The position numbers and the translations under genes are program-made. Shown in pieces: positions 42,158 through 53,059 of a stretch of 64,000 nucleotides of DNA. Under the pieces are notes generated by a model, which searched no databases, was not told where the DNA came from, and saw nothing but the letters and a program-made list of their open reading frames with translations. The stretch is from an uncultured Methanoregulaceae archaeon (lineage in GTDB: Archaea > Halobacteriota > Methanomicrobia > Methanomicrobiales > Methanospirillaceae), in assembly GCA_963841015.1 (NCBI GenBank), contig CAWJAX010000003.1:672001-736000 (forward strand), in the 5' to 3' direction. Positions within the stretch are counted from its first letter, which is position 1, and each line of letters begins with the position of its first letter.

Positions 42158-43612
42158 TTACTTTGAAATAATATGTGAGTTTTTATCGCCCCGCCCAATT
42201 CCTTTATATACAAATCCGTGACGGATATAAAGGTCAGGATCGATCATGTTTCTGCCATCGATAATAACCGGATGTGCTTTTCCGGAAAGGGTCCGGATAT
42301 TTTCCGGATCCAGGTTTTTGTATTGATTATGACCCGCAAAGATAACAACAGCATCCGCATCTTTTAATGCATCATCAAGGTTCTGGAGTATAGGAACACC
42401 TGAATAAGCCACTACGTAGGGATCATGAACGTTAACCTTAGCCCCGGACTGAATCAGATTATCCCGGTAAGGTTCTGCAGGAGTATTTCGCGTGTCATCC
42501 GAATTTGCAAGGAATGCCCAACCAAGAATTGCAACCTTTGCTCCTACCATAGATCGTCCTGATCTTTTCAGGGCATCCAGAGTGAGATGAAACATATGGG
42601 TGGGCATGAAATCATTGATGTGCCTTGCAAGCACATAGAGCGACGGCTCATTTGCCGGGTAATCCAGCAGGCTCTTCCCAAGAACCTGTACACCCCGTTC
42701 AAGATGATAAGTATCCTTTGTCAGGCAGTGTCCCCCGACACCTGCACCCGGCCAGAGCATCGCTCTCGTAATCCCCTCACCCTTGAGGCTGTCGATACCA
42801 GTCCGGACATCGTAAACATTAATCCCCATCGCTTCGCAATAGAGAGCAAGCTCGTTTATCGCAGCGAGCTGGAGATCACGGAAGGTATTCTCTGCAGTTT
42901 TGGTCACTTCAGCTGCGGTTGCTGACATAGGGATAACTTTTCCCTGGGTCAATACCGGGGAATACAGTTCAGTTGCCCTTTGGGTACTTATCTTATCAAT
43001 TCCACCCACAATTCGATCATGTTCCCGGATATTCCGTAGCAGTCTTCCTACCATCACCCGTTCGGGTGCGTGTGCAAGAGCGAAATCAATACCCGCTTTA
43101 AGGCCGGACTCCTGTTCTAAGAGCTCCCTGGCGATCCCGACTGTAGTCCCGGGAGTAATCGTTGATTCCAATACCACAAGCATGCCGGGTTTGAGATAAC
43201 GACCCACATTCTTTATTCCCTCCATCAGGGCGGAGAAATCCGGCAGTAAATCTTCCTTGTTCAGAAACGGTGTCTGAATCGAAAGAGTGACTGCGTCGAG
43301 TTCTGCGATCTTGGAGAAATCAGAGGTGCAGACAAACTTTTGTGCAGCAGTTACTTTCTGCAACAGTTCTTCAAGCCCCGGCTCTTCACCTTTGAGGGGA
43401 CTTTCACCCCGGTTCAGCATGGCGATTTTGTAGCCAGATGAGGAGGAGTCCCGCTGGAACCCATAAACAACATCAACTGCAGGGGAATCAGCAAAGAGAG
43501 CTGCTGCAGGAATCCCCACATAACCCATCCCGAGAACACCAATCTTTTTGATAGGCCCCCGTTTCCGTATTAATGCTTCAAGTGTCATTTTAACATTCTC
43601 TTCCCGATTCAC
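42158..43612 (-). CDS. UDP-N-acetylhexosamine 6-dehydrogenase (WbpA/WecC-like)
   Basis: GMGYVG, ESTITPGTT, PERV, K..EN..R, GVGGHC, D.RN.P. Confidence 0.9.
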   Translation of the reverse strand: MNREENVKMTLEALIRKRGPIKKIGVLGMGYVGIPAAALFADSPAVDVVYGFQRDSSSSGYKIAMLNRGESPLKGEEPGLEELLQKVTAAQKFVCTSDFSKIAELDAVTLSIQTPFLNKEDLLPDFSALMEGIKNVGRYLKPGMLVVLESTITPGTTVGIARELLEQESGLKAGIDFALAHAPERVMVGRLLRNIREHDRIVGGIDKISTQRATELYSPVLTQGKVIPMSATAAEVTKTAENTFRDLQLAAINELALYCEAMGINVYDVRTGIDSLKGEGITRAMLWPGAGVGGHCLTKDTYHLERGVQVLGKSLLDYPANEPSLYVLARHINDFMPTHMFHLTLDALKRSGRSMVGAKVAILGWAFLANSDDTRNTPAEPYRDNLIQSGAKVNVHDPYVVAYSGVPILQNLDDALKDADAVVIFAGHNQYKNLDPENIRTLSGKAHPVIIDGRNMIDPDLYIRHGFVYKGIGRGDKNSHIISK

Positions 43613-44514
43613 ATTGGAGACCTGATTTTTTCACAAAACTCAAGGTTGCGAATTGCCTGTTCCGGGGAGATAAGGAACGGTTGGTTCTTATCTACGCATT
43701 CGATAAACGTTTCCAGTTCACGTTTTAGTGGTTCGACCGTGTTGACCATTACTTTCTCGATGATATTTTCCTGCACGTATCGTTCGGCTTCGACATGGTA
43801 CTGACCGGGTTTGCGGTGGATAGTCACTTCCTGAGTCATGAAATTGCCTTCAATGGTGAACTCTTCGTCCTCGACATAAAATTGCCGGATCTTCTTTGAT
43901 GCTTTTCGGCTTGCTGACAGTGAAACAGGAATGTCATTGCAATTCATCAGCACACTCATCACATCCGCATTGCCAACACTGTGAATATCACTGGGATCCG
44001 GGAAAAATACATTCAGGAGGATATCAATATCATGAATCATCAGGTCTTCAACAACGGAACTTCCGGTTATCCGTGCTGATGCAGGATTATGCCGCTTAAA
44101 CTCCATATAAAGGGGATGTTTGACGATCTTTTTAATTTCGGCAACGATCGGGTTGAACCGTTCAATATGCCCCACACCGATAGTAATCCCTTCGGGTGCT
44201 GTATTTATCAGCTGCCTGGCTTGTTCAGCGGTTGCACATATTGGTTTTTCAATAAGTACGGATTTTTCCTTCGCAAAAACCTGTCCGACAACACCTGCGT
44301 GAAACTGTGTTGGCACAACAACACTGACGGCATCAGAATTGTCAAGGAGTTCGCTGATTGATTCATACACGGTTGCGTCGTGTTTTTCACCCAGAGATTT
44401 TGCAGCCGGGGTATTCACATCATAAATACCCAGTGAATCCACACTTTTTAATTCTGAATACACGCGGACATGGTTTTTTCCCATGGCCCCGACACCGATT
44501 ACACCAACATCCAT
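43609..44514 (-). CDS. Gfo/Idh/MocA oxidoreductase (WbpB-like)
   Basis: GVGAMG.NH.R, IEKP, VGHIERFNP, DLMIHDID. Confidence 0.88.
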   Translation of the reverse strand: MDVGVIGVGAMGKNHVRVYSELKSVDSLGIYDVNTPAAKSLGEKHDATVYESISELLDNSDAVSVVVPTQFHAGVVGQVFAKEKSVLIEKPICATAEQARQLINTAPEGITIGVGHIERFNPIVAEIKKIVKHPLYMEFKRHNPASARITGSSVVEDLMIHDIDILLNVFFPDPSDIHSVGNADVMSVLMNCNDIPVSLSASRKASKKIRQFYVEDEEFTIEGNFMTQEVTIHRKPGQYHVEAERYVQENIIEKVMVNTVEPLKRELETFIECVDKNQPFLISPEQAIRNLEFCEKIRSPM

Positions 44515-45609
44515 TCATTTCACCCGGTTGATGGCATCACAGATATACGCAAGCTCTTTCTGGTCAAGCAACGGGTGAACCGGGATACTCAACACGGATT
44601 TTGCCAGACTGGTCGATATGGGACAGGAATCGGCTTCGTTAGCTCGGGCATAGACCGGCTGCTGATGGAGCGGTATAGGGTAGTGCACTGCCGTTCCGAT
44701 CCCTTTAACCTTCAGATATTCCATAAAATCAGCACGCTTCAGGGGAAATTCATCAGTCAGGCGGACCACGTACTGGTGATATACATGATGCATACCCGGT
44801 GCAACAACCGGGGTGATGAGCCCCCTGACGGATATATGAGTGTCAAAATACTCAGCGTTTTTCCGGCGACGTGTGTTGAACTTCTCCAGTTTTTTCAGCT
44901 GCACAACACCGATTGCAGCAGCCACGTCGGTCAAGCGGTAATTATACCCGATCCGGGTATGGAGGTATTTCTCGCTCTGTCCATGGTTGATGAGAAGGCG
45001 CAGGCGTTCATTCAATGCCTTGTCGCTGGTTGTAACCATGCCCCCTTCGCCAGTGGTCATGTTTTTTGTAGCATAGAATGAGAAACAGCCCATGTGCCCC
45101 ATTGCCCCGGCCTTTTCGCTGTTCCACATCGCACCCTGTGCCTGTGCAGCATCCTCGATTAATGTGAGATTATGTGATTCGCAGACCTGTTTTATTCCCT
45201 GTATATCGAATGGCTGGCCAAAGAGATGTACTCCTATGACCGCTTTTGTCTTTGGGGTTATATGGTTCTCAACCTGTGCCGGGTCGATGCAGAATGTCTT
45301 TTCGTTCACGTCAACAAAGACCGGCTTTGCCCCGGTCATGGAAACAGCCGATGCGGTAGCGAAAAAAGTAAACGAAGGGACGATAACTTCGTCACCAGGA
45401 CCGATATCCGCAGCCAGCAGCGCAGCATGAAGCGCGGCTGTACCATTATTTATTGCAACTGCATGCGTAGTGCCGCAATAATCTGCAAATTTTTTCTCGA
45501 ATTCCACTACACGCTCTCCGGATGCCAGCATGCCTGATTCAAGCACAGCAGTTACCGCAGAGATCTCATCCTGACCAATGGCCGGTCGCGCAACAGGTAT
45601 CTGCACCAC
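44515..45609 (-). CDS. DegT/DnrJ/EryC1/StrS aminotransferase (WbpE-like)
   Basis: NGTAALH, VHLFG, EDAAQA, SFYATKN.TTGEGG. Confidence 0.92.
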   Translation of the reverse strand: MVQIPVARPAIGQDEISAVTAVLESGMLASGERVVEFEKKFADYCGTTHAVAINNGTAALHAALLAADIGPGDEVIVPSFTFFATASAVSMTGAKPVFVDVNEKTFCIDPAQVENHITPKTKAVIGVHLFGQPFDIQGIKQVCESHNLTLIEDAAQAQGAMWNSEKAGAMGHMGCFSFYATKNMTTGEGGMVTTSDKALNERLRLLINHGQSEKYLHTRIGYNYRLTDVAAAIGVVQLKKLEKFNTRRRKNAEYFDTHISVRGLITPVVAPGMHHVYHQYVVRLTDEFPLKRADFMEYLKVKGIGTAVHYPIPLHQQPVYARANEADSCPISTSLAKSVLSIPVHPLLDQKELAYICDAINRVK

Positions 45610-45793
45610 TATTCACCCAATAAATTATGATTGTTTCAATAAAAATGCGTAATGATCGGATAAATATCATTCCAGCAGGAAAACACAGATATGTTCATTT
45701 TTCCAGATTTCATTCTATCCTCCGCACATCTCATCCAAAAGATAGGTAATTAGAACAGGAACATCCAATTATCGTACGAACGAGCCGGGAGGG

Positions 45794-46697
45794 GTGAAAA
45801 CGCGACATCTCATATCCATTGGAGATTTTGATAGGAACGAGATCGACAAACTACTGGACCATGCGCGGCAATTAGATCGTGAAAAATATGATAAGAATGC
45901 CCTGTACGGAAAAATCCTTGCCACACTTTTCTTTGAGCCAAGTACAAGGACACGGATGTCTTTTGAATCTGCAATGGCACGGTTGGGGGGCACTTCTCTT
46001 TCTGTCGGAAGTGTAGAAGCATGCTCTATAGCTGAAGGGAGAGACGCTTGCCGATACGATCCGGGTAGTAAGCGGGTATGCGGATGCGATCGTGATCCGG
46101 CACCCAAAAGAGGGAGCCGCGAGACTTGCTGCTGAATTTTCCACTGTCCCGGTAATCAATGCCGGGGACGGTGCAGGTCAGCACCCCTCCCAGACACTTC
46201 TTGATCTGTATACTATCCGCCAGTCTATGCCCATCGATAAAATTGATGTGGCACTTATCGGCGACCTCAGATATGGACGCACGGCACATTCACTGGCCTC
46301 TGCACTCTCGCTGTACGATGTACGACTGCATACAATCTCCCCAAAGGGACTTGAACTTCCGGCAAACCTTGCTGCTGAGCTTTCAGATAAGGGGATGGAG
46401 ATTGTTGAACATGACGACATAAATGAAGTAATCAGTGATGTTGATGTCCTTTATGTCACCCGTATACAGCGGGAGCGTTTCCCTGACTCGGCATCCTACT
46501 TTAACGTTTCATCAAGTTATCGCATCACTCCGGAACTACTTTGTAGTGCACGAAACCACCTTATCATTCTCCATCCTCTCCCCAGGGTGGATGAAATCGA
46601 CCCCAGGGTCGACGAATTGCAGTACGCACGTTACTTTGAACAATCGCGGAACGGGGTTCCGGTTCGGATGGCCATGCTCATGCGGGTGATGCAATGA
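45794..46697 (+). CDS. pyrB: Aspartate carbamoyltransferase catalytic subunit, frameshift near 46034
   Basis: FFEPSTRT, HPSQTLLD, TRIQRER, HPLPR; KGE motif restored by deleting one G. Confidence 0.93.
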
Positions 46698-47167
46698 AGA
46701 AAACCGAAACATCGGAAAATGAAGGGCTTCTCGTCCGGCGGATTAAGAACGGGACGGTTATCGACCATATCGATGGTGGCGAGGCACTCAATGTCGTGAA
46801 GATCCTTGGAATCACCGGTACAACTCAGGAAGCTCTTTCAATCGCGACCAATGTTCCAAGCAGGAATATGGGCTGTAAGGATATCGTTAAACTTACCAAC
46901 CGGGAACTCTCAAAAGAGGAAGTCGACCGGATCGCACTCATTTCACCACGGGCAACAATCAATATCATAAGAAATTTTAAAGTATGTGAAAAAAAGGGGG
47001 TCGAGATCCCGACACTCATTGTAGGGATCGTCCGGTGCCCCAATCCGGGATGCATCTCTAATACAAACGAACCTATCCCGAGCAAATTTAATGTGCTTCC
47101 AAAAGGGCTCCATTGTTACTATTGTGACTGGGTTATCTCAAAGGACCTGACCAGTCATATCATCTGA
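46694..47167 (+). CDS. pyrI: Aspartate carbamoyltransferase regulatory subunit
   Basis: IKNGTVIDHI, KDIVK, CPNPGCISN, CYYC. Confidence 0.95.
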   Translation: MKKTETSENEGLLVRRIKNGTVIDHIDGGEALNVVKILGITGTTQEALSIATNVPSRNMGCKDIVKLTNRELSKEEVDRIALISPRATINIIRNFKVCEKKGVEIPTLIVGIVRCPNPGCISNTNEPIPSKFNVLPKGLHCYYCDWVISKDLTSHII

Positions 47168-47173
47168 ATTTTT

Positions 47174-47380
47174 TATTCTGGAGAAATGCATAATTACAAG
47201 CTAAACGCTTAAGGGGCTTTCACCCCCGCCACTATTGCTCTCCCGATGCGATAAACCCCGAACAGGCGCTACATCATCAACACTCAACACAGGGTCGGAA
47301 TAGGAGGACAGGTAATGACCCCCTTCGTCGTACCTGCATCTTGAATTTCATATCAATGGAAAAGGAAATCTGCAGAAGCC
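47174..47380. mobile_element. MITE-like element, copy B (~207 bp)
   Basis: Colinear similarity to 21668..21879; flanks AATTTTT and AATTATT. Confidence 0.6.
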
Positions 47381-47537
47381 AATTATTGTATTTTCCTGCG
47401 TCCTCCGCAGGTCGAACGACTGTTTCCAGGTACCTGTTACACGTCAGCTCCATGTATTTGCATTACTCCAAAAATGATTATGTCACTCTGCTTATGGTGG
47501 TGAGCGTAGCTGGGGAGGATGAGTAAAATTTTAAAGG

Positions 47538-47996
47538 TTATTTGAGCAGGTGACCGTGAATATCAATCTCACCACGGTATATACGTGTGCTTGATATCCA
47601 GCGTCCATCCTCTGCAAGAACGCAACTGATCTGGTGAATATCTACCTTCTTTCGTCCTTTTTCACGCCGCAATTTATTGATATCGACAGCTACTTTGAGT
47701 GTTTCTTCAGATACGATGAGAGCGTCAAAGTCGGCATCAATGGCTGAGCCGTAACGATCGTTCAGTGGTTCGACCGACCAATGGGTTGAAGGGAAAGCTG
47801 GGGAGAGGTATCGCTCGAGATCGGCTTTCCGTGTGGCAAACGGGCGTATTGGATGGATCTTGTGGCTTGCAAACGAATCACTCGTAAGACCGATCACCAC
47901 ATTACCACCCGGACCGGCAATTTCAAATGAGCGGGCCAGGAGGCGTTTGTGCCCGTCGTGAAGGGGATCAAAAGTACCCCCTACCATAACCTTCAT
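47538..47996 (-). CDS. coaD: Phosphopantetheine adenylyltransferase
   Basis: GGTFDPLHDGH, VSEET, ISSTRI..GEID..G. Confidence 0.92.
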   Translation of the reverse strand: MKVMVGGTFDPLHDGHKRLLARSFEIAGPGGNVVIGLTSDSFASHKIHPIRPFATRKADLERYLSPAFPSTHWSVEPLNDRYGSAIDADFDALIVSEETLKVAVDINKLRREKGRKKVDIHQISCVLAEDGRWISSTRIYRGEIDIHGHLLK

Positions 47997-48026
47997 ACAG
48001 TTTGATTCTTAATTTCCTATGTTATT

Positions 48027-48524
48027 ATGCATATGGATGTTCAGGTCTCCGGCATGCCGCTTTTTGTAGCCGGCAACGCAACGGTCATTGGCGACGTCAC
48101 TGTCGGAAAACAGGTAGGAATATGGTTTGGCGCTGTTATCCGGGCTGACAGGGACCGGATTGTTATCGGGGACAGGTCGAATATTCAGGATAATTGCGTG
48201 GTGCACACGAGCAAAGGTTTTCCTGTTACTCTCGGTCATGACGTATCAGTCGGGCATGGGGCGATCCTGCACGGCTGCACGATAGGAAACCGTGTGCTCA
48301 TCGGTATGGGTGCTATCATCATCAATGGTGCCACGGTAGGTGACGGATCAATTATAGGAGCAGGTGCAGTAATCACGGAAGGCAAGGATATCCCGCCAAA
48401 CTCTGTAGTTGTCGGGGTTCCAGGCAAAATTGTCAAACTGGCGGATCAGGTCCAGCAGCAGCAAATCCTCAATAATGCGGCTTCTTATGTCGAACTTGCA
48501 AAGGAGTATGTCCGCCATGGGTGA
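48027..48524 (+). CDS. Gamma carbonic anhydrase family (hexapeptide repeat) protein
   Basis: VIRAD, SNIQDN.VVH, VGH.AILHGC. Confidence 0.9.
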   Translation: MHMDVQVSGMPLFVAGNATVIGDVTVGKQVGIWFGAVIRADRDRIVIGDRSNIQDNCVVHTSKGFPVTLGHDVSVGHGAILHGCTIGNRVLIGMGAIIINGATVGDGSIIGAGAVITEGKDIPPNSVVVGVPGKIVKLADQVQQQQILNNAASYVELAKEYVRHG

Positions 48525-49797
48525 TGTCGTTGTCATAGGTGCAGGTATAGCTGGAATCCAGGCTGCCCTGGACATTGCCAATCACGGCATCCATGTTCAC
48601 CTTATTGAGCGTGAACCATCAATCGGCGGGCATATGGCGCAGCTGGATAAAACATTTCCGACAAACGATTGTTCGATGTGCATCCTATCCCCAAAAATGG
48701 TTGACGTGCAGCGTCACCCCAACATTACCCTTTACACTTGTTCAGAAGTTGAAAAGATTGAAGGATCAGTGGGTAATTTTTCCGTAACCATTAAAAAAAA
48801 TCCACGGTACGTGGATGAATCAACCTGTAACGGGTGCGGTGACTGCATTCAGATCTGCCCTGTTGAGGTGTACAACCGTTTTGATGCAGGAATCGGTGTC
48901 CGAAAAGCGATCTATAAACCTCAGCCCCAGTCTGTTCCGGACATTGTAATAAAAGACCCGGAACACTGTATTGAATGCGGACTCTGCTACGATGCCTGCG
49001 GACCCGGTTCGGTTCTCCGTGAAGATGCCCAAAAGGATATTCACATTCATGCGGCAAGCATCGTGATCAGCACAGGTTATGCAGTGTTCGATGCAAAGAA
49101 CAAGCCACAGTTCGGTCACCTTCTTCTCCCTGATGTGATTACGAGCCTCGAGCTGGAGCGCATGTTAAACGCAAGCGGGCCTACCGGCGGAAAAATCAAA
49201 CGACTGAGCGATGGTCAGGCACCACAGACTATAGTTTTCATACAGTGTGTAGGTTCCCGGGATATGACCATTAACCGCCCGTACTGTTCCTGTGTCTGTT
49301 GCATGCAGGCGATCAAAAATGCGATACTGATCAAGGAAAAAAATCCTGAAACTGACATAATCATCTGCTATATTGACATACGGTCATACGGCAAGGGGTA
49401 CGAGGAATATTATGAACGGGCAAAAGCACTGGGGGTCAGATTCCTGAGGGGATTGCCATCTGATGTGCTTGCAGACCGTAATGGCATGATCCTGCAGGTT
49501 GAGAATTCTGAAACTTCAGAAGTTCATGTGCTTCATCCCGATCTTGTCGTTCTGTCAGTTGGTATCGGACCTGCAGAAAAGACCGGGAAGATTGCAGAAC
49601 AATTCGGTATCCCGCTCGAAGACACGGGGTTCATCAAACCCTTGCATGATGCTGTTGATACTGTTGCCACGTTGCGCCCGGGGATCTACATTGCAGGTAC
49701 CACCACGGCACCAAGAGACATCCCGGACAGCGTTGCATCCGGAGGATCAGCATCAATGCGTGCATATATTGATGCAATCAGGACGCGGTCGGTGTGA
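48517..49797 (+). CDS. hdrA: Heterodisulfide reductase subunit A-like flavoprotein, short stand-alone form
   Basis: GAGIAG, LDKTFPTNDCSMCI, inserted 2x[4Fe-4S] ferredoxin, CVGSRD, YCSCVCC, PRDIPDSV. Confidence 0.87.
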   Translation: MGDVVVIGAGIAGIQAALDIANHGIHVHLIEREPSIGGHMAQLDKTFPTNDCSMCILSPKMVDVQRHPNITLYTCSEVEKIEGSVGNFSVTIKKNPRYVDESTCNGCGDCIQICPVEVYNRFDAGIGVRKAIYKPQPQSVPDIVIKDPEHCIECGLCYDACGPGSVLREDAQKDIHIHAASIVISTGYAVFDAKNKPQFGHLLLPDVITSLELERMLNASGPTGGKIKRLSDGQAPQTIVFIQCVGSRDMTINRPYCSCVCCMQAIKNAILIKEKNPETDIIICYIDIRSYGKGYEEYYERAKALGVRFLRGLPSDVLADRNGMILQVENSETSEVHVLHPDLVVLSVGIGPAEKTGKIAEQFGIPLEDTGFIKPLHDAVDTVATLRPGIYIAGTTTAPRDIPDSVASGGSASMRAYIDAIRTRSV

Positions 49798-50837
49798 ACG
49801 AGACTGCCACCCTGTGGTGGGATACGGAGATTAAAAGTCTCTGCTATATTGACCAGACACTCCTTCCGGAGAAATACACTATTGCTGAATGCCGAAGTAT
49901 CGGACAACTGGCAACCGCAATTAAAAGACTTGAGATACGAGGTGCTCCCGCGCTTGGTGTTGCGGGGGCATACGGCATTGCACTCTCAGCCCAGGTCTGC
50001 CGGAAAAACGAACTCCCTGCGTTTTTTGCTGAGGTGCATAAGGATGCGGAAATCCTGAGGGCAACCCGCCCGACTGCGATCAACCTTGGCTGGGGAATTG
50101 ACCGGGTGCTCTCAAAAATTGCCCATGTTCAGGATATTGATTCTCTAAGAAGGATTGCCCTCACTGAAGCGGAAGCAATCGCCAGCGAAGATACGGCATG
50201 CTGCCACATGATCGGCGAAAACGGCGCTGCGCTTCTTCCTGACAACTGTACAGTTCTGACCCACTGTAATGCCGGCTCACTTGCATGTTCTTCATGGGGT
50301 ACGGCCCTGGGTGTGATTCGTTCTGCAATACAAGGGGGTAAACGGATTAAAGTAATCGCGTGTGAAACCCGCCCGTTACTTCAGGGTTCCCGACTCACTG
50401 CATGGGAACTTCTCCGGGATGGAATTGAGGTAACGGTGATCACCGATTCTTCTGCAGCGCACCTTATGCGCACCGGCGCCATTGATGCTGTTATCGTAGG
50501 TGCCGACCGTATCACGCACGACGCAGTATTTAACAAAATTGGCACGTATATGCATGCAGTCTGTGCCCGCCACCATAACATTCCTTTCTACGTTGCCGCA
50601 CCCCTCTCGACAATTGATACCCGGAAATCGGAAAGTGAGGTGATAATCGAGGAACGCGGCAGGGAGGAGGTGACGACAATGGGCTGCAGGGTATATGTTC
50701 CTGACGCGGCCATAGTGAAAAATTATGCGTTTGATGCAACTCCCATAAAACTTGTCACCGCGATTATCACCGAGAAGGGTGTGCTGCATCCACCCAATAC
50801 CATCGACTCACTCTTATCCTTTAAGAGTACAAAATAA
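49794..50837 (+). CDS. mtnA: S-methyl-5-thioribose-1-phosphate isomerase (eIF2B-like)
   Basis: IDQTLLP, IRGAPA, RPTAINL, THCNAG, ETRP..QG.RLT, NKIGTY. Confidence 0.9.
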   Translation: MNETATLWWDTEIKSLCYIDQTLLPEKYTIAECRSIGQLATAIKRLEIRGAPALGVAGAYGIALSAQVCRKNELPAFFAEVHKDAEILRATRPTAINLGWGIDRVLSKIAHVQDIDSLRRIALTEAEAIASEDTACCHMIGENGAALLPDNCTVLTHCNAGSLACSSWGTALGVIRSAIQGGKRIKVIACETRPLLQGSRLTAWELLRDGIEVTVITDSSAAHLMRTGAIDAVIVGADRITHDAVFNKIGTYMHAVCARHHNIPFYVAAPLSTIDTRKSESEVIIEERGREEVTTMGCRVYVPDAAIVKNYAFDATPIKLVTAIITEKGVLHPPNTIDSLLSFKSTK

Positions 50838-50862
50838 ACCTGCAATAGCAACCTTCACAGCA

Positions 50863-51563
50863 ATGGATTTGGATTTTCTCACCTGGAATAACCTGATATA
50901 TCTTATCGGGGAAATAACGGTCATCGTCATCCTTGGAGCCCTGCTCACGGCCTTTATCCTCGTCGTCATTTCCCTGTATTCCATAAAAAAAGGCAGGTTG
51001 TATTTTCCTACCCTGATCAAATCCGGACTTGTCTTTTTCGAAGGTTTAATGAAAGCTTTTTCCGGCTCTTTGGGATTGAAGAGCGTGAGATGCTCTCCTT
51101 TTTAATAAAACTTCACAATACCATGAACACTGCGGATTTCGAACGCATTCCGGTTTCAGAACGGGCTGTCTTCATACCCCAGTGCCTGCGCTCATCGAAG
51201 TGCCCCGCCCACCTCACACCGGAAGGATTGAAGTGCCGGAGCTGCGGGCAGTGCACTGTTGGTGAAGCACGGATGATTCTCGAAAAACTGGGTTACCGGA
51301 TTTTTATCGTTCCCGGCTCTTCATTCATCAAACGTATGGTGAAGAAGTATCATCCGAAAGCGATTGTCGGTGTTGGTTGCCTGGCTGAAGTGAAAGAGGG
51401 TATCGATATGGCAGACAAGATGGGGCTGGTCGTAATGGGTATAGTTACCATAAAAGAGGGATGCGTCGAGACACTCGTCAACTGGACAGATATTTACGAG
51501 GTAGCGACGCTGGGAATTGATCCAAAATCAATTCCCGAGGACCTTCATATTCTTTCCCATTAA
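50863..51563 (+). CDS. DUF116 family protein, frameshift in a T run near 51060
   Basis: N-terminal TM; PQCLR...CPA, C..CGQC, VPGSS, GVGC..E. Confidence 0.82.
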
Positions 51564-51941
51564 TTTCCCGCTTTTAATCCTGCCGTGGATGATGATGGTA
51601 TCATCGCTTGTAACATCTCCCACCTGAACACCCGTGCGGAGGATGACCTTTCCCCCGGCCTTCACCGAGTGAACTACCGCATGATCCAGAATAGTAACGT
51701 CTCCGTGCGCCACCAGTGGTCCTTTGATCTTTGACTGGCTGCCGATAATGGCATTCCAGCAGTTCACATCGAGCGCTACGCTGGAACGCGGACCCAGTTC
51801 GAGCGTTCCCGTAACCAGGAGACGTCCCCAGAAATGAGTGTGAGCGGGAACGATGAAATTTCCGTCAATTTTCACATTTCCTTCAAAATACGCCCCTTTT
51901 TGTGCAAAGAATGTATCCCCTTTCTGGATAACGGTCGGCAT
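51528..51941 (-). CDS. Polymer-forming cytoskeletal (bactofilin-like) beta-helix protein
   Basis: Repeated G.V.I.G beta-solenoid pattern. Confidence 0.65.
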   Translation of the reverse strand: MPTVIQKGDTFFAQKGAYFEGNVKIDGNFIVPAHTHFWGRLLVTGTLELGPRSSVALDVNCWNAIIGSQSKIKGPLVAHGDVTILDHAVVHSVKAGGKVILRTGVQVGDVTSDDTIIIHGRIKSGKLMGKNMKVLGN

Positions 51942-52015
51942 TACTCCCTCAGGGTAAGTTGAGGCACGATCAGGGTATAAACCTGTTGCTCGGTTTACTA
52001 CAGTTCGTTATCGCA

Positions 52016-52855
52016 TTATAAAAAAACTGCAGAGAGCGTGAACACGACAAGAGAGGCAAACATACCGGCTTTCAGGAGATTTGAGGCGTTTGATGCTTTC
52101 ACACACCCGGGGGTTTCACAGCCCAGCGCTCGCAATGCAGCAATGATAAGAATGATATCAACAGCAATGATACCCCCAAGATACCATATCCCCCACCAGA
52201 AATAAGGAATAAAACTTGCCGCAACCGCAAGAGCAGTTGTAATAAGGGCAAGTTCTGAGGTTTTTTTGATGCCGATCCGTATTGGCAATGTATCTGCCCC
52301 GCCTGCCCTGTCTCCTTTCACATCCTCTGCATCTTTTAACAATTCACGGGATACCATAGCAAAGAAGGTGATGGCAGCGATAGGTATGATACGAACCATG
52401 CCGTCAAAGCCGTTTAATGCTCCACCAAATAAAAAAATGCTTGCCGAAAGGTATGCTACAACAATGTTGCCAATAAATGGTGTACTTTTAAGTTTTGCTG
52501 CATAGGCAATGAGAAGGACAACATTGAAGATTGCAATGCCAATACACAGGAGATTGGTAAAAAAACTTACAAGAATACCGGCCAGAAACAGCGTTATGGC
52601 AAATCCCCGTGCGGCTCCCCTGCTGACTGACCCGGAGGGAATGGGACGATCAGGACGGTTAATTGCATCAATTTCGGCATCGAAAAAATCATTGATTACA
52701 TTCCCCCCAGCGGTGATGAGTGCTACAATAAAAAAAAGGAGCAGGGACTCAGGAATCACCGTACCGGTGTCAATCAGGTAAGCAACGATGGCTGCAAGAC
52801 CGGCGACGAATGAATTTACCGGGCGGGTGATGATAATAAAACCTGCTAGCCTCAT
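52016..52855 (-). CDS. Digeranylgeranylglyceryl phosphate synthase (UbiA family)
   Basis: RPVN, NDFFDAEIDAINRPDRPIPSG, RELLKDAEDVKGD. Confidence 0.92.
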   Translation of the reverse strand: MRLAGFIIITRPVNSFVAGLAAIVAYLIDTGTVIPESLLLFFIVALITAGGNVINDFFDAEIDAINRPDRPIPSGSVSRGAARGFAITLFLAGILVSFFTNLLCIGIAIFNVVLLIAYAAKLKSTPFIGNIVVAYLSASIFLFGGALNGFDGMVRIIPIAAITFFAMVSRELLKDAEDVKGDRAGGADTLPIRIGIKKTSELALITTALAVAASFIPYFWWGIWYLGGIIAVDIILIIAALRALGCETPGCVKASNASNLLKAGMFASLVVFTLSAVFL

Positions 52856-52923
52856 TGGTTATCAGATCTGATAGAGGAAGTATAAAAATGCACTAAAAAG
52901 AGCGATACAATCGTCATTTGCTA

Positions 52924-52998
52924 CGGGCGAGGGGGGATTTGAACCCCCGGCATTCAGCTTAGGAGGCTGACGCTATGTCCGGGCTAAGCCACTCGCCC
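52924..52998 (-). tRNA. trnR: tRNA-Arg(CCT)
   Basis: GGGCGAG/CTCGCCC acceptor; TCAGC-CT-CCT-AA-GCTGA; GTTCAAATC. Confidence 0.95.
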
Positions 52999-53059
52999 TG
53001 CCCATATCCATTGTGGAGGAATATGTATAAGTTTTGCGCGCTGCAACAATACTCTCGCA

